A DNA stretch of 64,000 bases from Psammoneis japonica (lineage: Eukaryota): positions 372,001-436,000 of the forward strand of contig QPGO01000049.1 in assembly GCA_008632985.1 (NCBI GenBank). Reading direction: 5' to 3'. This document shows positions 61,560 through 64,000 of this stretch, one piece after another. Position numbers and translations under genes: made by a program. The number at the start of each line of letters is the position of its first letter. Within the stretch, counting starts at the first letter, position 1. A model generated the notes under the pieces. The model worked only from the letters and a program-made list of their open reading frames with translations. It was not told the origin of the DNA and searched no databases.

Positions 61560-63110
61560 TGCCTACCTGATGATGGAGATCCTTGCATTTACCGGCATGT
61601 GGGAATGTGGCACATCCACTGAGACCACACACACTGGGAGATTCATGATCCCAGTGTGATTGGGAGCACTGTTGGCTGGTGAACAGTGCAGCGGTGTTCC
61701 GTTGAGGATGCCACCCACGCAACATGATCTGTGGCTGGTGACGGCCACTGAGGGCACCCAAGCGATGAAAGAACAAGATCCGAGTGAGTCAGAGGGTTTT
61801 GGCAAGAGCATCACTGCAGTTGGCTGCAGTGTCTGGTTTGATGAGATCTTGTTTGACCCAGTCTTGCAACACAAACAAACACAAACCCTCAACTTCAAGT
61901 GCTGCCACACCTTGTTTGTGCCCTCCAATGCCGGTGTGCCAGCTGGCTTGCCCCCATGCTTGTTCCTGCACACTCAATGGCGAGCATGTGGCACACAGAA
62001 GGGTGCAAAGGCTGGCCAAGGTCAGTGCCACTGGAGCTGCAGCAGCCATGCCATGGCAGCAAAGAACAACTGGGCTCAGAACTTGGCTCAAGAACAGCGC
62101 CAGAGAGGATCTGGGACAGAAACATTGCCTGCGAGGCAAGATGTTGCCCTCAACTGATGCACAGACTTGATTTTGCACTTTTGGGGGATGAAAGTGGAAA
62201 GTTTGTTGCATTCAGAGGAATGAGCTTGGCACATGTGGGCAAGCAAGAGAGGGGTTTTTCAGGGCTGGCAGGAGGAGCAAAATGGAACAAGGCATTGCCA
62301 GTGTGACAAGCCAGGTGTCAGAAGAAACATTTGTCACACACACAACATTGTGCAGAAAAACAGTGCCGGGTCTTGCATGGAAATGCTGGCTCATGCACAG
62401 CAGATAAATGATTGTCAAATGATGCTCAAGATTGAGCATGAATTCATTGGTTTTTTTCAAGTGCTTGTTGACGATCACAGGAAAAGAGAGCTCAGCTGAC
62501 CAACAACTTGGTCTCTCTACAAAAAGAAAAAGTGTCCAACCCAACCATGTGTGCTGCCTGCTTGGCACTTGCTTGCCATTCAACTTGCACCAGCAGCCTT
62601 GTGGCAGAGAGCAGAGGGGGCATGTGCACAAGGGTTGCCAGCATGGCAAGACAAGAAGATCCGGTGTGCAGCAGCATTCACAAGTGGCGGTGCAAAGCTG
62701 GCACATGATGTGTGGCTGTGCTCAAGTTTGGGGGGCTTGAAAACAGAGTTGAGGGATGCAAGAACTCATCCAAGGCCAACCAAACATTGGTGTGGGCAAG
62801 AAGTGGAGAAATGCTGACAGTGCTCTCTGGCCTTGATGAGCCATTGTTGCTGCAGCACCTGGCTCCTGTTTTGCCATGCCAGCCAGCGCATCATGAGTGC
62901 TGCCAGAGCTGCGAACAGCTTCAACTTCCTGCCCAACAACCCAAAGCTGGCAGCACAGAACTCTCAACACAACATCCTGTCTTGTCTGTGCTGGCCATTG
63001 CTGCTGTGACAGCCACACACAGCAGCAGGCTGGGGTTTTGAAGCAGCTTTGCGGCACTGAGGACTTGCAGACTGATTGAGCTGGATGGCCACAGCATGCA
63101 ATCTCTGCAC
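61560..63110. other. TpA- and CpG-depleted degenerate block, identity not recognised
   Basis: TA is almost absent and CG is rare; Cys/His-rich ORFs appear in many frames. Confidence 0.7.
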
Positions 63111-63711
63111 CCTTACAAGGAAAATGGTGAACCTCTTGTTTGTGTTCCATTTTGGACGGAGAAGCAACCCAAACCAGAAGAATCAACAATCCGTCACCAA
63201 GCTGGAAGCGGACAGAATTACACGTGGAAGTTCATGTTGAAGTTTGTGTCGCGCTTGACAAGCGCGGAAAGGTCGGTGAGCCAATTTTCGAAAAGGGTGC
63301 TGAAACTCCCTCCAACGTCCAACGACAAATGCGCCAGCACCACCATGACGAAACAAAACCAACGAGTGGGAGCACCAATAGCAACCCAATTTGCAGCGCT
63401 CACCATGCATCATTTTGGGGCGTACCAGCTCTTGTCACTGGCAAAATGAAACGGGTTGCGAGCCGTTGTGTCACTGCTGAAGTGTCGGCATCATGTTTGT
63501 CTTTGTCCGTCAGGTTGTCGATGTGATGTGATGGCGTTCTCATTTTTTGAGTCGCGGAGCTGTCGTGGAAAGCTGCTTTCTCAAAAAAGAAAACGATACG
63601 CTTCCAGGTACAAATCACAGACAAAACAAGTGTTACAGTAACACAAGAGAGAAGATAGGAGAAACAAGAAGCAAAAAGAAGTACTCAGGAAGAAATGAGA
63701 TGAGAGAAACA

Positions 63712-64000
63712 GCAGCAGCAACAAGATCAAGAATGGGATCCAGAAGGTCCGGTGGCTGGTGCTTTTGCCATTCAACATGGACAAGCTATTCCAAGAGCAG
63801 GACAAGATCCAGATAGTGTTACATTCTTTTCGGAACCATCCAGCAGCAACACGACGCAAAGTGCTTTTGTTGTTCAAGCGGAACTTGCGCAAGTAACCGA
63901 CGAGGAGGCTGCTCGACTTCAAGAAGAAATTCGTCATTTACGCCAAGTAGTTCCTCCCTTGGCGGAAGCACAAGTGGTGGAACCCGTGAATACCACAGAA
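63712..64000 (+). CDS. Partial N-terminal region of another membrane receptor-like gene, running off the window
   Basis: Open frame QQQQQDQEWDPEGPVAGAFAIQ...FVVQAELAQV...LAEAQVVEP, with the GAxAI motif seen at 16335 and 52319. Start unresolved. Confidence 0.45.

Overview
Eukaryotic genomic DNA, most likely from a pennate diatom, judged from short GT-AG introns, ASAF-type plastid targeting peptides, and diatom-type LRR, beta-propeller and tyrosine-recombinase elements. The window is a mosaic of two sequence states. About half holds ordinary intact genes: an LtrA-like membrane protein, a CRC/TCX factor with a C-terminal F-box, a CPPED1-like phosphoesterase, a DpnI-like Zn/PD-(D/E)XK protein, beta-propeller membrane proteins, an ankyrin-RING protein, an EF-hand protein, a double kinase and a plastid cyclophilin. 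The other half lies in bounded blocks (approx. 1.65-3.9, 10.6-12.2, 18.4-21.2, 23.8-32.9, 37.4-52.1 and 61.6-63.1 kb) where TpA is almost absent and CpG is variably depleted. These blocks contain transposons (nested Ty3/gypsy, Ngaro/DIRS-like, Crypton-like, LINE-like) and dead copies of host genes (Prp4, LRR genes, a beta-propeller gene). Comparing copies inside the window shows systematic TpA->TpG/CpA changes (A:T->G:C, the reverse of fungal RIP) on top of CpG->TpG/CpA decay; for example, RT YLDD reads CLDD in one copy and HLDD in the other. This domain-restricted TpA hypermutation is the main candidate for an undescribed genome-defence or heterochromatin-linked mutational system. A base-calling artefact at modified bases still has to be excluded.
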